Source of the DNA: Vulcanimicrobiota bacterium
GTDB lineage: Bacteria; Vulcanimicrobiota; Xenobia; Xenobiales; JADMJV01
Direction: 5' to 3'
NCBI GenBank assembly: GCA_050250895.1
Contig: JBFWNU010000001.1
Coordinates: 2,500,891-2,564,890, forward strand
Length of the DNA: 64,000 nt
Shown here: in pieces, positions 22,673 to 31,400 of the stretch
Layout of the letters: the number at the start of each line of letters is the position of its first letter
Position numbering within the stretch: the first letter of the stretch is position 1
Made by a program: the position numbers and the translations under genes
Notes under the pieces: generated by a model
The model's input: only the letters and a program-made list of their open reading frames with translations
Database searches by the model: none
What the model was told of the DNA's origin: nothing

Positions 22673-23475
22673 GTGCCCCCCAGAATGATGACGGGAGAGT
22701 CACCGCTCATCTCGATGCCGTTGTAGACAGCCGTGGCTCGCAGCTGGATATTGCCTGGCTGCACTCCCCAGGTCCCCAGGATGTGGTTGTAATGATACTT
22801 GTTCTGCAACTTAATCCACTTGCCCGAACGGTGACTGTCGTCGTGCAGGATGACGGCGTTGCCACCGTCGGGAACCACCGACCAGGAGAAGGTGACACCC
22901 TCGATCTCGCCTCCGCTGGTGTCGAACACCCTGGCCTGGTAATCGCACAGACCATCGCGAGGCACCGGTTCGCCCGGGCCGCTCACCTTGGTGACGGTCA
23001 AGGCAGTGGCCGGGTCCACCTGGCGCACGGCCGCGCCCACGTAGCTGGTCAAGACGAACTCGTCGCCCGGAAAGCTGACCCGGCAACGCACCGGGACCAA
23101 ACCGGCTGGAATCGAGCGGCGGTCGGCCTCGGCAAAGGGTTGCTCGAGGTTGGTCGAGGGAGTGTAAACGGTGCGTCCCCCCGAGTCGACTTCGAAAGCG
23201 ACCTGAAAGCCGGGGTGGTCGGGGTCGGTCACGCTACCGCTAAACGGCCCCCAGCCCGACGCATAGTTGCCAGGGTTTTCGGCCCAGGCTCGACAGCGGG
23301 CCATAGCGTTTTCGGCCACCAGGGCGGCCTCGTTGAGCTGGCGCGTCTTCTTCTGGTAGATGAGGCTCTGGTTGAACAGCAAGAGGACGATGAAGCCGGC
23401 GCTCACCAAAATGAATATCGCCACTACCGTCTCGACGAGACTGGTCGCTCTGACTCCCGCCCCTCGCGTCCTCAC
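22669..23475 (-). CDS. PilV-like minor pilin with C-terminal Ig-like domain
   Basis: RA|TSLVET plus hydrophobic helix; similar to 38109-38852. Confidence 0.75.
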   Translation of the reverse strand: MRTRGAGVRATSLVETVVAIFILVSAGFIVLLLFNQSLIYQKKTRQLNEAALVAENAMARCRAWAENPGNYASGWGPFSGSVTDPDHPGFQVAFEVDSGGRTVYTPSTNLEQPFAEADRRSIPAGLVPVRCRVSFPGDEFVLTSYVGAAVRQVDPATALTVTKVSGPGEPVPRDGLCDYQARVFDTSGGEIEGVTFSWSVVPDGGNAVILHDDSHRSGKWIKLQNKYHYNHILGTWGVQPGNIQLRATAVYNGIEMSGDSPVIILGGT

Positions 23476-23479
23476 GCCT

Positions 23480-24280
23480 TTATGATAGCAGATGGTCCGG
23501 GTCTTTTCCTACTTGAAAGGCGAACCAGGCCTCGCCCCACCGGCGCCGGCCTTCCATCAACAGCGCCGCTCGGCCTGCGCTGGTGAGCTTCGCCCGCTGC
23601 TGGTCCAGCCACTGTGGCAGGCGGTCAGGGTGGCAGGGAACGGCCAGCAGTTCGGTTTGCTCCCAGCTGCCTTCGCGGGGCCGGGCCAACATGGTGGCCA
23701 GTCGTACGCGCGTCTGACAGCTGGCCACCAGCATCTTGACGGCGAACCGCTCGGCGTGGACCAGACCCAGGCAGACCAGGTTCTCGAGCTCGTCTGCCTC
23801 GAGCCCTAGCTCCTCGTGGGCCTCGGCCAGCAAGGTCTGGGCCAGGCTCTGGGGAGGCGGCACCGTGCCCGCCGGAGCGATGTGATAGGCTCCGGGCTGG
23901 GCGGCCACCCGCTGACTGCGGCGCTCGACCACGAAGCCGTCGGGGCAACCCACGACACAGGCCGCGGCCAGCACATCGACCCGGTTGGGCCACTCGGGAT
24001 GCTCGCGAAAGGCCACGTGCTGGCCATAGTCGGTGAGGCCCAGCTCTAGCTCGAGGCAGCCCTCTTGTACGGTTGACGCGAGCACACTGTAGAGCGGATT
24101 GGCCTCGACCACCACCCCCCGCTGGCGCAGGGCCAGGCAGGCCGCCTGCATCGTCTCGGTCTGCCCTTCATCGAGCTGAGGCCGCCGGTCAGTCTGGCGG
24201 ATGACCACGCTCTCTAAGGCAAGCTCTCCCACGGCCACGATGCGACCCTCGTCATCCCCCAGAAAGCAGGCTTCCATCAC
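23480..24280 (-). CDS. NUDIX-like hydrolase
   Basis: RRS..V...PG...PAG and AEAHEELGL partial Nudix box. Confidence 0.7.
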   Translation of the reverse strand: MMEACFLGDDEGRIVAVGELALESVVIRQTDRRPQLDEGQTETMQAACLALRQRGVVVEANPLYSVLASTVQEGCLELELGLTDYGQHVAFREHPEWPNRVDVLAAACVVGCPDGFVVERRSQRVAAQPGAYHIAPAGTVPPPQSLAQTLLAEAHEELGLEADELENLVCLGLVHAERFAVKMLVASCQTRVRLATMLARPREGSWEQTELLAVPCHPDRLPQWLDQQRAKLTSAGRAALLMEGRRRWGEAWFAFQVGKDPDHLLS

Positions 24281-24337
24281 GCCGTTGGCTTCCTCGGCCG
24301 CCTGGCTCCGCCTGCGAGGCGATGATATAATCTGGAC

Positions 24338-24922
24338 ATGCTCGATCCGCCAGCCCGCCAGCGCCGCTTCTGGCGTCGCCTGGTCATGCGCGCCTTTCTC
24401 TACAGCTTCGGGCTGGCGGTGGTCGGTCTCGAGTTGCTGGCCATCGGCTGTCTGCTCGGCTCGCCCCTACCAGACCGACTCGAGCCGGCCGATGGTCGCT
24501 GGGTCTCGTTTGAGACTCTCGACCCGGAGGTGCAGGCGCTACTGCGGTCCGAGGTCAACCACCCGTGGTTAGTAGCCCGTCAACTGGAGCCCTGGCCGCC
24601 GAGCTGTGAGCGCATCCTGGCGCGGGGAGCCGTGCTCCATTTGACTGTCAATGAATCGAATCTGTGGGACCTCTACGCCAGCCACAGCTTGTTGCGCTAT
24701 GCCGAGCGGCCCTGGGACGTTCGTCTGGAAGACGCTCTACTGATGCGTTACGCCGCGGTCCGGAAGGCTGACTTGATACGGGTGTTCCATCAGGGAGGAG
24801 TCAGCCCTCTGCGCTACCGCGAGGTCCTGGCCACTTTGCGAGCCGAACGACGCACGCCAGCGGAGCAATTCGACGCTCTGCGCCGCCAGGTCGGGTATCA
24901 CTGGCCGGCCGAATATTACTAA
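24338..24922 (+). CDS. Hypothetical protein with N-terminal TM helix
   Basis: ORF preceded by extended -10 TGATATAAT 6 nt upstream of the ATG. Confidence 0.55.
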   Translation: MLDPPARQRRFWRRLVMRAFLYSFGLAVVGLELLAIGCLLGSPLPDRLEPADGRWVSFETLDPEVQALLRSEVNHPWLVARQLEPWPPSCERILARGAVLHLTVNESNLWDLYASHSLLRYAERPWDVRLEDALLMRYAAVRKADLIRVFHQGGVSPLRYREVLATLRAERRTPAEQFDALRRQVGYHWPAEYY

Positions 24923-25131
24923 AAAGAAAATACCCCGGTGGCAGTACCGGGGTCGCTTTGAGGAGTTTTCCAACCTTCGCTGAGTATAGCCGGGCTCTGG
25001 TCGGGCGAATGTGACGGTTGATCCGAACGTCGCGACTGGCGGCGGGGCAGGACTTTGCGGGTGCAAAAAAGTAGTTGGGGGAGCCCCGCCCGCGTGGTGG
25101 CGGGATTGCTGGAAAGAAAAGAGGTTCTCCT

Positions 25132-28014
25132 GTGTCCAACACTCTCACCCAAGAATGGCGTGCCAAGCTGACCGACGGCAAAGCGACCTACAGCTTTGAA
25201 GAAGGCAAAGCCGATATGAAAGGCATCCTCGGCGGCAAAGGCGCCAACCTGGCCGAGATGACTCGCCTGGGCTTCCCCGTGCCCCCCGGTTTCACCATCA
25301 CCACCGAAGTTTGCAATGTTTATCAGGCCACCAGGAAGATGCCCGAGGGGCTGGCCGAAGAGATTCGCGATCGCATGAAATCGCTCGAAGAGCAGATGGG
25401 CAAGGGCTTCGGCGACAACAAGAACCCCCTGCTGGTCTCGGTTCGTTCGGGCGCCAAGTTCTCGATGCCGGGAATGATGGACACCGTTTTAAACCTGGGT
25501 CTCAACGACCAGGCCGTCGAGGGCCTGGCCAAACTCTCGGGAGATCCCCGTTTTGCTTACGACGCCTATCGTCGCTTTATTCAGATGTTCTCGGATGTGG
25601 TGATGGGCCTGCCCAAGCACGAGTTCGAGCATATCTTGCGCCACAAGAAAGAGGCCGAGGGCGTCACCGAGGACGCGAAGCTCACGCCCAAAGCACTCCA
25701 AGAGTTGGTGGCCGATTTCAAGAAGAAGTTCAAAGAAGAAGCCGGCCGCGACTTCCCCACCGATGTGCACGAGCAGCTGCTGCTGGCTGTCGAAGCGGTT
25801 TTCAAATCCTGGAACAACCCGCGCGCCATCGTCTATCGCGACAAAGAGAGAATTGCCCACGACCTGGGCACGGCCGTCAACGTCCAGTCGATGGTCTTCG
25901 GCAACATGGGTGGCGACAGCGGGACCGGCGTGGCCTTTACCCGCAACTACAACACCGGCGAGAAGAAGCCGGTGGGCGACTACCTCATCAACGCCCAGGG
26001 CGAAGATGTGGTGGCCGGTATCCGCACTCCGCTGCCGCTCGAGGCGCTCGAGAAAGAGCATCCCGAGCTGTGGAAACAGTTGCTCGACATCAGCCATAAG
26101 CTCGAGCAGCACTACGGCGATATGCAAGACATGGAGTTCACCATCGAAAAGGGACGCCTGTTCATGCTGCAGACCCGCACCGGCAAGCGCACCGCCCAGT
26201 CGGCTGTCAAGATCGCCGTAGACATGGTCGAAGAAGGTCTGATCACCGAAGAGCGGGCCGTGCTGCGGCTGGCCCCTTCGCAGCTCGACCGGTTGCTGCA
26301 CCCCTTCATTCCCGATGATGCCAAGAAGGAGGCCATCGACGCCAAGCGGATGCTGGCCAAAGGCACTGGCGCCTCCCCCGGAGCCGCCTGCGGGCAAGTG
26401 GTTTTCGAAGCTGACGACGCGGTCACGAGGGCCGGCGAAGGCAAAGCCGTCATTCTGGTGCGTCCCGAGACTACTCCCGATGACGCCCACGGCATGGCCG
26501 TGGCCAAAGGCATCCTGACCAGCACCGGCGGACCGTCCTCGCATGCCGCGCTGGTGGCCCGCGGTTGGGGCATTCCATGTATCGTCGGCTGTGAAGCTCT
26601 GCGTATCGATCTCGACGCCAAAAAGGTCACGGTCGGCTCGACCACCTTCGGCGAAGGCGATGTCATTACCATCGACGGCGGCACCGGCGAGGTGATGATG
26701 GGCGAACTGCCGCTCCACGAACCCACCGACCTCTCGCCCGAAACCAAGACGATCCTGGGTTGGGCCGACAAGTTCCGCAAACTGGGCGTGTATGCCAATG
26801 CCGATACGCCCCACGACGCCGCCCGCGCCCGCACCTTCGGGGCCGAGGGCATCGGGCTGTGCCGCACCGAGCACATGTTCATGGAGAAAGACCGCATTCC
26901 CATCGTGCAAGAGATGATCATGGTGGCCACCCAGGCCGAGCAGCGCAAGCGCCGGGTGGAAGTGCTCGAGCAAGAGATGGTCGGATTGCCTCAGGAAGGC
27001 CGCCAATATCGCGAGGCCAAAGCCCGCTATGACGAGGCCTTCGCGGGCATGGAAGGCCCCTGGAACAAGTATCGCGAGTTGCTCGACAAGCTGCTGCCCA
27101 TCCAGCGCGAGGACTTCCGCGGCATCTTGCAGTCGATGGAGGGCCTGTGGGTGATCATCCGGCTGCTCGACCCGCCGCTGCACGAGTTCTTGCCCGGGCA
27201 CTCCGAGTTGCTGGTCGACGTGACCCGCCTGCGCACCCTCAAAGAGGTTTCGCAGACCGCCTTTGACAAGGCCCTCGGCGACATCCGGCATCGCCGCGGC
27301 AAAGAGGCCACTCTCGAGAGTCTCGAAGAGCTTTTGGGCCGGGTCGAGAGCATGAAGGAGTTCAACCCCATGCTCGGCCTGCGTGTGTGCCGTCTGGGCA
27401 TCGTCTATCCCGAGATCTACAAGATGCAGGTCCGGGCCATCTTCGAGGCCGCTTGCCAGCTGAAGAAGGCCGGTATCGACGTCAAGCCCGAGATCATGAT
27501 CCCGGGCGTGGGAACACTGGCCGAGATGCAGCACACTCGCCGTCTGGTCGAGGCCGTCGGGGCCGAGGTCCAGAAAGAGAACGGAGTCGAAGTGACCCAC
27601 AAGATCGGCACCATGATCGAGTTGCCCCGCGCCACCACCGTGGCCGGCGACCTGGCCACCGCCGCCGACTTCTTCAGCTTCGGCACCAACGACCTGACCC
27701 AGACCACCTACGGCTACTCGCGCGACGATGCGGCCGGCACGTTCATGCCGGTCTATCTCGAGTCGGGTATCCTCAAGGTCGACCCTTTCACCGTGGTCGA
27801 CCGCCAGGGCGTCGGCCGCCTGATGAAGATGGCCGTCGAAGAGGGTCGTCAGACCAACGCCGACCTCGAGGTGGGCATCTGCGGTGAGCACGGCGGTGAC
27901 CCCGAGTCGGTGGAGTTCTGCCACCTGCTCGGCCTCAACTACGTCTCTTGCTCGCCCTTCCGCGTGCCCATCGCCCGCCTGGCCGCCGCGCAGGCTGCCT
28001 TGAACAACAAGTAA
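25132..28014 (+). CDS. ppdK: Pyruvate, phosphate dikinase
   Basis: GGKGANLAEM, SVRSGA..SMPGMMDT, SHAA, GIGLCRTEHMF, GICGEHGGDP; GTG start after GAGG. Confidence 0.97.
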   Translation: MSNTLTQEWRAKLTDGKATYSFEEGKADMKGILGGKGANLAEMTRLGFPVPPGFTITTEVCNVYQATRKMPEGLAEEIRDRMKSLEEQMGKGFGDNKNPLLVSVRSGAKFSMPGMMDTVLNLGLNDQAVEGLAKLSGDPRFAYDAYRRFIQMFSDVVMGLPKHEFEHILRHKKEAEGVTEDAKLTPKALQELVADFKKKFKEEAGRDFPTDVHEQLLLAVEAVFKSWNNPRAIVYRDKERIAHDLGTAVNVQSMVFGNMGGDSGTGVAFTRNYNTGEKKPVGDYLINAQGEDVVAGIRTPLPLEALEKEHPELWKQLLDISHKLEQHYGDMQDMEFTIEKGRLFMLQTRTGKRTAQSAVKIAVDMVEEGLITEERAVLRLAPSQLDRLLHPFIPDDAKKEAIDAKRMLAKGTGASPGAACGQVVFEADDAVTRAGEGKAVILVRPETTPDDAHGMAVAKGILTSTGGPSSHAALVARGWGIPCIVGCEALRIDLDAKKVTVGSTTFGEGDVITIDGGTGEVMMGELPLHEPTDLSPETKTILGWADKFRKLGVYANADTPHDAARARTFGAEGIGLCRTEHMFMEKDRIPIVQEMIMVATQAEQRKRRVEVLEQEMVGLPQEGRQYREAKARYDEAFAGMEGPWNKYRELLDKLLPIQREDFRGILQSMEGLWVIIRLLDPPLHEFLPGHSELLVDVTRLRTLKEVSQTAFDKALGDIRHRRGKEATLESLEELLGRVESMKEFNPMLGLRVCRLGIVYPEIYKMQVRAIFEAACQLKKAGIDVKPEIMIPGVGTLAEMQHTRRLVEAVGAEVQKENGVEVTHKIGTMIELPRATTVAGDLATAADFFSFGTNDLTQTTYGYSRDDAAGTFMPVYLESGILKVDPFTVVDRQGVGRLMKMAVEEGRQTNADLEVGICGEHGGDPESVEFCHLLGLNYVSCSPFRVPIARLAAAQAALNNK

Positions 28015-28035
28015 AGCTGGCTAGCCAGACCGATT

Positions 28036-28066
28036 GCGGCCCTCCTCACGGAGGGCCGCTTTCTTT
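28036..28066 (+). terminator. Rho-independent terminator
   Basis: GCGGCCCTCC-TCAC-GGAGGGCCGC followed by TTTCTTT. Confidence 0.85.
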
Positions 28067-28598
28067 AGACGGAGACGTCGACGATCGGCAGACGGGCCAG
28101 GCTCTCGTCGTCGATGTCGAAAACTCGGCGTGGTTCATCGTAGATGAAGTTGTAGGGTGAGACGAACTGCACGTGCTCGCATTTGGGATCGTATCCCACC
28201 AGCCAGTAGAAGAAGCCTTGAGCGACATCCCCACCCTCATTGACGAGGGCTTCGCACAGGATGTAGGGGTCGGTCTTTTGTTTCTTGAGATTGGCGCGCA
28301 AACGCGATTCAAGCCGCTCAAGATAGCTTTCTTGACCGGATTTCTCGTCCGCGACCTCCTCCAGCGAGATGACCAGGGCTGGAGGATAGCGCTCGCTTGA
28401 AACGAGCAACCGGGTGAGTTCATGAGAGAGCACCCGGAGGCCGGCCAGATTCTCGCTGGAGACATTGCCCCAGAGTTGAAACAGCCCCCAGTCGAAGTCG
28501 CCGGGGTGGGCCACAAACTCGCCTTCGACTCCCTCCGGAAACTGAGGGAACTGGTAGTCGCCTTCGGTGCGGTAGGGGACGAGGGCGTAGACTCTCAT
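28065..28598 (-). CDS. Hypothetical protein
   Basis: 177-aa acidic ORF downstream of the LprI-like gene. Confidence 0.6.
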   Translation of the reverse strand: MRVYALVPYRTEGDYQFPQFPEGVEGEFVAHPGDFDWGLFQLWGNVSSENLAGLRVLSHELTRLLVSSERYPPALVISLEEVADEKSGQESYLERLESRLRANLKKQKTDPYILCEALVNEGGDVAQGFFYWLVGYDPKCEHVQFVSPYNFIYDEPRRVFDIDDESLARLPIVDVSV

Positions 28599-28606
28599 GG
28601 CAGGCG

Positions 28607-28948
28607 CTAGTGCGAGACCTCTTCAAGCCACTCGCGCAGCACAGCCGTGCGGGCGCGGGTGGTGGTGGCCATGCTGGCGTAGTAGATCATCGGCGCCATG
28701 CTCCCGCCCTCATAGAGTGCCTGCCGGGCCTTGGCCTCGGCATCGCGGTACTTGATCCAGATGAGCTGAGCGTCCACCAGCTTCTCCCGCACCGAGGCTC
28801 CGAGTTGGGGCTTAAGCTCTTGCCAGACCTGGTTGAGTTCGCGGTCGGCGGCTTCGTAGTCTTGCAGAGCCCGGGCGTTGAGTTCGTGTTGGTTCTGGGC
28901 GAAGGTCGGGACGGTGAGGAGAATCAACAGGGCTAGAAGGTATCTCAT
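28607..28948 (-). CDS. LprI/DUF1311 family secreted protein
   Basis: Signal peptide; AD.ELN.VW, L..AQ..WIKYRDAE, GGSM.P. Confidence 0.85.
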   Translation of the reverse strand: MRYLLALLILLTVPTFAQNQHELNARALQDYEAADRELNQVWQELKPQLGASVREKLVDAQLIWIKYRDAEAKARQALYEGGSMAPMIYYASMATTTRARTAVLREWLEEVSH

Positions 28949-29010
28949 CGGTATTGCTTCCTCCGCCCGGCGCTACGCCCTGCCAAGCCGCCCGCTGAGC
29001 CCGGGCCTTG

Positions 29011-30150
29011 GCTCCCACGGAATCCCGGGAGCGTGCTCCCACAAAACCCGGGAGCTGGCCGCCGCCCGCCATGGCGCGCACCCCAGCCCGCCGCGGCAAC
29101 CCGCCGCTGCCGGGCCGGGCCGAGGCTGTGCTCCCACGAAATCCCGGAGCATGCTCCCACAAAACCTGGGAGCCGGTCGCCGCCCGCCGTGGCGCGCACC
29201 CCAGCCCGCCGCGGCAACCCGCTGCCGGGCCGGGGCTGTGCTCCCACGAAATCCCGGAGCATGCTCCCACAATACCCGGGAGCTGGCCGCCGCCCGCCCG
29301 CGCTCCAGCCCGCCAGGGCGCGCTCCCGCCCGCCGAGGCAACCCGCCGCTGAGGGGCCGAGGCTGTGCTCCCACGAAATCCCGGAGCATGCTCCCACAAA
29401 ACCTGGGAGCCGGTCGCCGCCCGCCACGGCGCGCACCCCAGCCCGCCGCGGCAACCCGCCGCTGCCGGGCCGGGGCTGTGCTCCCACGAAATCCCGGAGC
29501 ATGCTCCCGCAAAACCTGGGAGCCGGCCGCAACCCGTCGAGCCTGGGCCCTGGCTCCCACGGAATCCCGGAGCATGCTCCCCCAAAACCTGGGAGCCGGT
29601 CGCCGCCCGCCGGGCCTGGGCCCTGGCTCCCACGAAATCCCGGAGCATGCTCCCGCAAAACCCGGGAGCCGGCCGCCGCCCGCCCGCGCTCCAGCCCGCC
29701 ACGGCGCGCACCCCAGCCCGCCGCGGCAACCCGCCGCTGCCGGGCCGAGGCTGTGCTCCCACGAAATCCCGGAGCATGCTCCCCCAAAACCTGGGAGCCG
29801 GTCGCCGCCCGCCATGGCGCGCACCCCAGCCCGCCGCGGCAACCCGCCCGCCGGGCCGGGGCTGTGCTCCCACGAAATCCCGGAGCATGCTCCCACAAAC
29901 CTGGGAGCCGGCCGCCGCCCGCCAGGGCGCGCACTCCAGCCCGCCGCGGCAACCCGCCGTTCGCCGGCCGCCGCCCGCCACGGCGCGCTCCCGCCCGCCG
30001 CTCCGGCCGCAACCCGTCGTTCGCCGGACCGGCCGCCGCCCGCCCCGTCGCGCACTCCAGCCCGCGCGGCAACCCGCCGCTCGCCGACCGCTGCCCGCCA
30101 CGCCGCGCTCCAGCAACTGCGCCAGCCCGCCGCCGCCGCCGCACGCCTGG
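29011..30150. repeat. Degenerate tandem array of 9 palindromic cores with related GC-rich linkers
   Basis: Core GCTCCCACGAAATCCCGGAGCATGCTCCC.CAAAACCTGGGAGC starts at 29011, 29130, 29240, 29367, 29480, 29553, 29626, 29755 and 29866. Linkers share CCAGCCCGCCGCGGCAACCCG and decay to ~30150. Confidence 0.92.
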
Positions 30151-30187
30151 CCACGGCCAGCCAGCGAAACAAAATTTGAAATAGGGG

Positions 30188-30216
30188 TTGACACCGGCAA
30201 ATATCAGTCGTATACT
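30188..30216 (+). promoter_or_regulatory. Sigma70-type promoter
   Basis: TTGACA (30188-30193), 17-nt spacer, TATACT (30211-30216); AT-rich UP-like tract at 30167-30183. Confidence 0.88.
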
Positions 30217-30419
30217 CTCAACAGCAAATATTGCTAAAGCAGCGAAGAACTATGTATCTCGATAACACCAACATAATGATCGAAAGCCCGTTTACGGGCT
30301 GCTCGTCCCACGTCCCCGGCAAACCCGGCGTTATGCGGCGCGGTTGGGAACTAGGACAAACTCGATCGATGGCAGGGGTGCAAGCCTTGTAAAAATGGGC
30401 TTGAATATCGGTTCCGCCG

Positions 30420-30460
30420 AAACCCGCCACTGCCGCGACTATCGCCCTGGCGGGTTTTTT
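30420..30460 (+). terminator. Terminator/attenuator hairpin in the operon leader
   Basis: AAACCCGCCA...TGGCGGGTTTTTT, ending 22 nt before the ATG at 30483. Confidence 0.6.
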
Positions 30461-30482
30461 AATTCAACAAAGGAGAACAAAG

Positions 30483-30689
30483 ATGATGACCATTCACGTG
30501 CGTTTTGAGGGCAAGAGCTTTGATCTCGACGGCCGGAACCTGAGCCTGAACACTCAGGCCAGCGACCGCGAGATTCGCAACAGCTTGGCTCGTTACCTGG
30601 AGGTCGAGGTCGGTCGCTTCCAGGACTACGTAATCGACCGGCGTCCTAGCGGCGCTGTGGTCGTGCGACCCGAAGCCGTCTACGGCTAA
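30483..30689 (+). CDS. Putative ubiquitin-like (beta-grasp) protein with C-terminal Gly
   Basis: Strong RBS AAGGAG; 68 aa; apparent beta-beta-alpha-beta-beta pattern; ends RPEAVYG. The fold call is inference. Confidence 0.65.
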   Translation: MMTIHVRFEGKSFDLDGRNLSLNTQASDREIRNSLARYLEVEVGRFQDYVIDRRPSGAVVVRPEAVYG

Positions 30690-30810
30690 CTCCGAGCAAC
30701 CCCAACGGGTCGCTGGTTCGGTTCGCCTCCCCCTCCTGTAGCCGAACCACAGACTGACCATGCCAACCCTCGATGTGGGGTGCCCGGGTTCGCCCGGGCA
30801 CCCCGGCCCA

Positions 30811-30987
30811 AAAGTCTTATCGCTTCGCGACCCTATCTCTGAAGCTTACATACCTCTTGAAGAGCAGTTTGATCGAAAGATCCTGTAGGTTCGAATCCTA
30901 CCAACTCGACTATCGAGTTGTGGCGAAATTGGTAAACGCGACTGTTGGTTACTGCGCTTTAGTAACTTGCGCGAAGCGACATTCTTT
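30811..30987 (+). ncRNA. Circularly permuted tRNA-like RNA 1 (YrlA/Y-RNA-like)
   Basis: Order: variable arm GATC-GAAA-GATC; T-arm GTAGG-TTCGAAT-CCTAC (30885-30901); closed acceptor CAACTCG-ACTAT-CGAGTTG; Leu-like D-arm TGGCGAAATTGGTAAACGC. Outer stem 30820-29/30970-79. Confidence 0.8.
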
Positions 30988-31150
30988 GTCCCGGTCGGGC
31001 CGCGCGCCCTTACCGATGAAGCATACATACTGGTAAAAACGACTTCCAATCGTTAGTAGGTTCGAATCCTGCCACCTCCACCACATGGGGGTGTGCAACG
31101 GGCCGCAAGGCCCACTGCTTTGTGAACTCGCGCGATGGCCTGGTCGGGAC
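30988..31150 (+). ncRNA. Circularly permuted tRNA-like RNA 2 (YrlA/Y-RNA-like)
   Basis: T-arm GTAGG-TTCGAAT-CCTGC (31056-72); closed acceptor CACCTCC-ACCACAT-GGGGGTG; GGGCC-GCAA-GGCCC in the D-arm position; outer stem GTCCCG...CGGGAC. Confidence 0.75.
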
Positions 31151-31177
31151 TATTTTTGCAGAACGGAGGTGCACGAG

Positions 31178-31261
31178 ATGAGACATAACCTGGGGAACAT
31201 GTGGGGCGATCGCTCCGGCGTGCGCCCGCCCATCTTCTATCCGACCGCAGGTCGCGGTTGA
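31178..31261 (+). CDS. Putative 27-aa small ORF
   Basis: GGAGGT RBS 7 nt upstream; MRHNLGNMWGDRSGVRPPIFYPTAGRG. Confidence 0.35.
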   Translation: MRHNLGNMWGDRSGVRPPIFYPTAGRG

Positions 31262-31267
31262 GTTGAC

Positions 31268-31373
31268 CCGCCTGGTCCCGTAGGGAAGGGCGAGCAGAAT
31301 AGGGGTTCGACTCCCCCCATCCCGAGCCACCGGGGTGGTCCCGTGGGTGGCGGGTAGCACTCGTCCAGGCAGG
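31268..31373 (+). ncRNA. Circularly permuted tRNA-like RNA 3
   Basis: GGGG-TTCGACT-CCCC (31302-16); CCATCCCG-AGCCAC-CGGGGTGG; D-like CCCG-TGGGTGG-CGGG; closed by GGCGAG/CTCGTC and GCCTG/CAGGC. Confidence 0.65.
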
Positions 31374-31400
31374 CATCCAGTTCGATTTTAGGAGGCCCTC

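Noticed and set aside
24922-24953. Minus-strand terminator implying a hidden antisense RNA before ppdK
   Set aside because: The hairpin ACCCCGGT/ACCGGGGT is adequately explained as the terminator of 24338-24922; no minus-strand promoter was identified.
25489-27924. 811-aa antisense ORF, and similar shadows such as 15552-17501 and 31624-33126
   Set aside because: Antisense shadows of real genes caused by GC-rich codon bias.
29011-29910. CRISPR array
   Set aside because: Spacers are homologous to each other and of irregular length, and there are no cas genes in the window.
28812-30237. Long ORFs in several frames across the repeat
   Set aside because: Stop-free only because of the repeat's composition; translations are low-complexity with no RBS.
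30864-31354. Functional tRNA genes or an integration-site tRNA remnant
   Set aside because: The halves are in permuted order with no valid anticodon loop, and no integrase or att duplication is seen.
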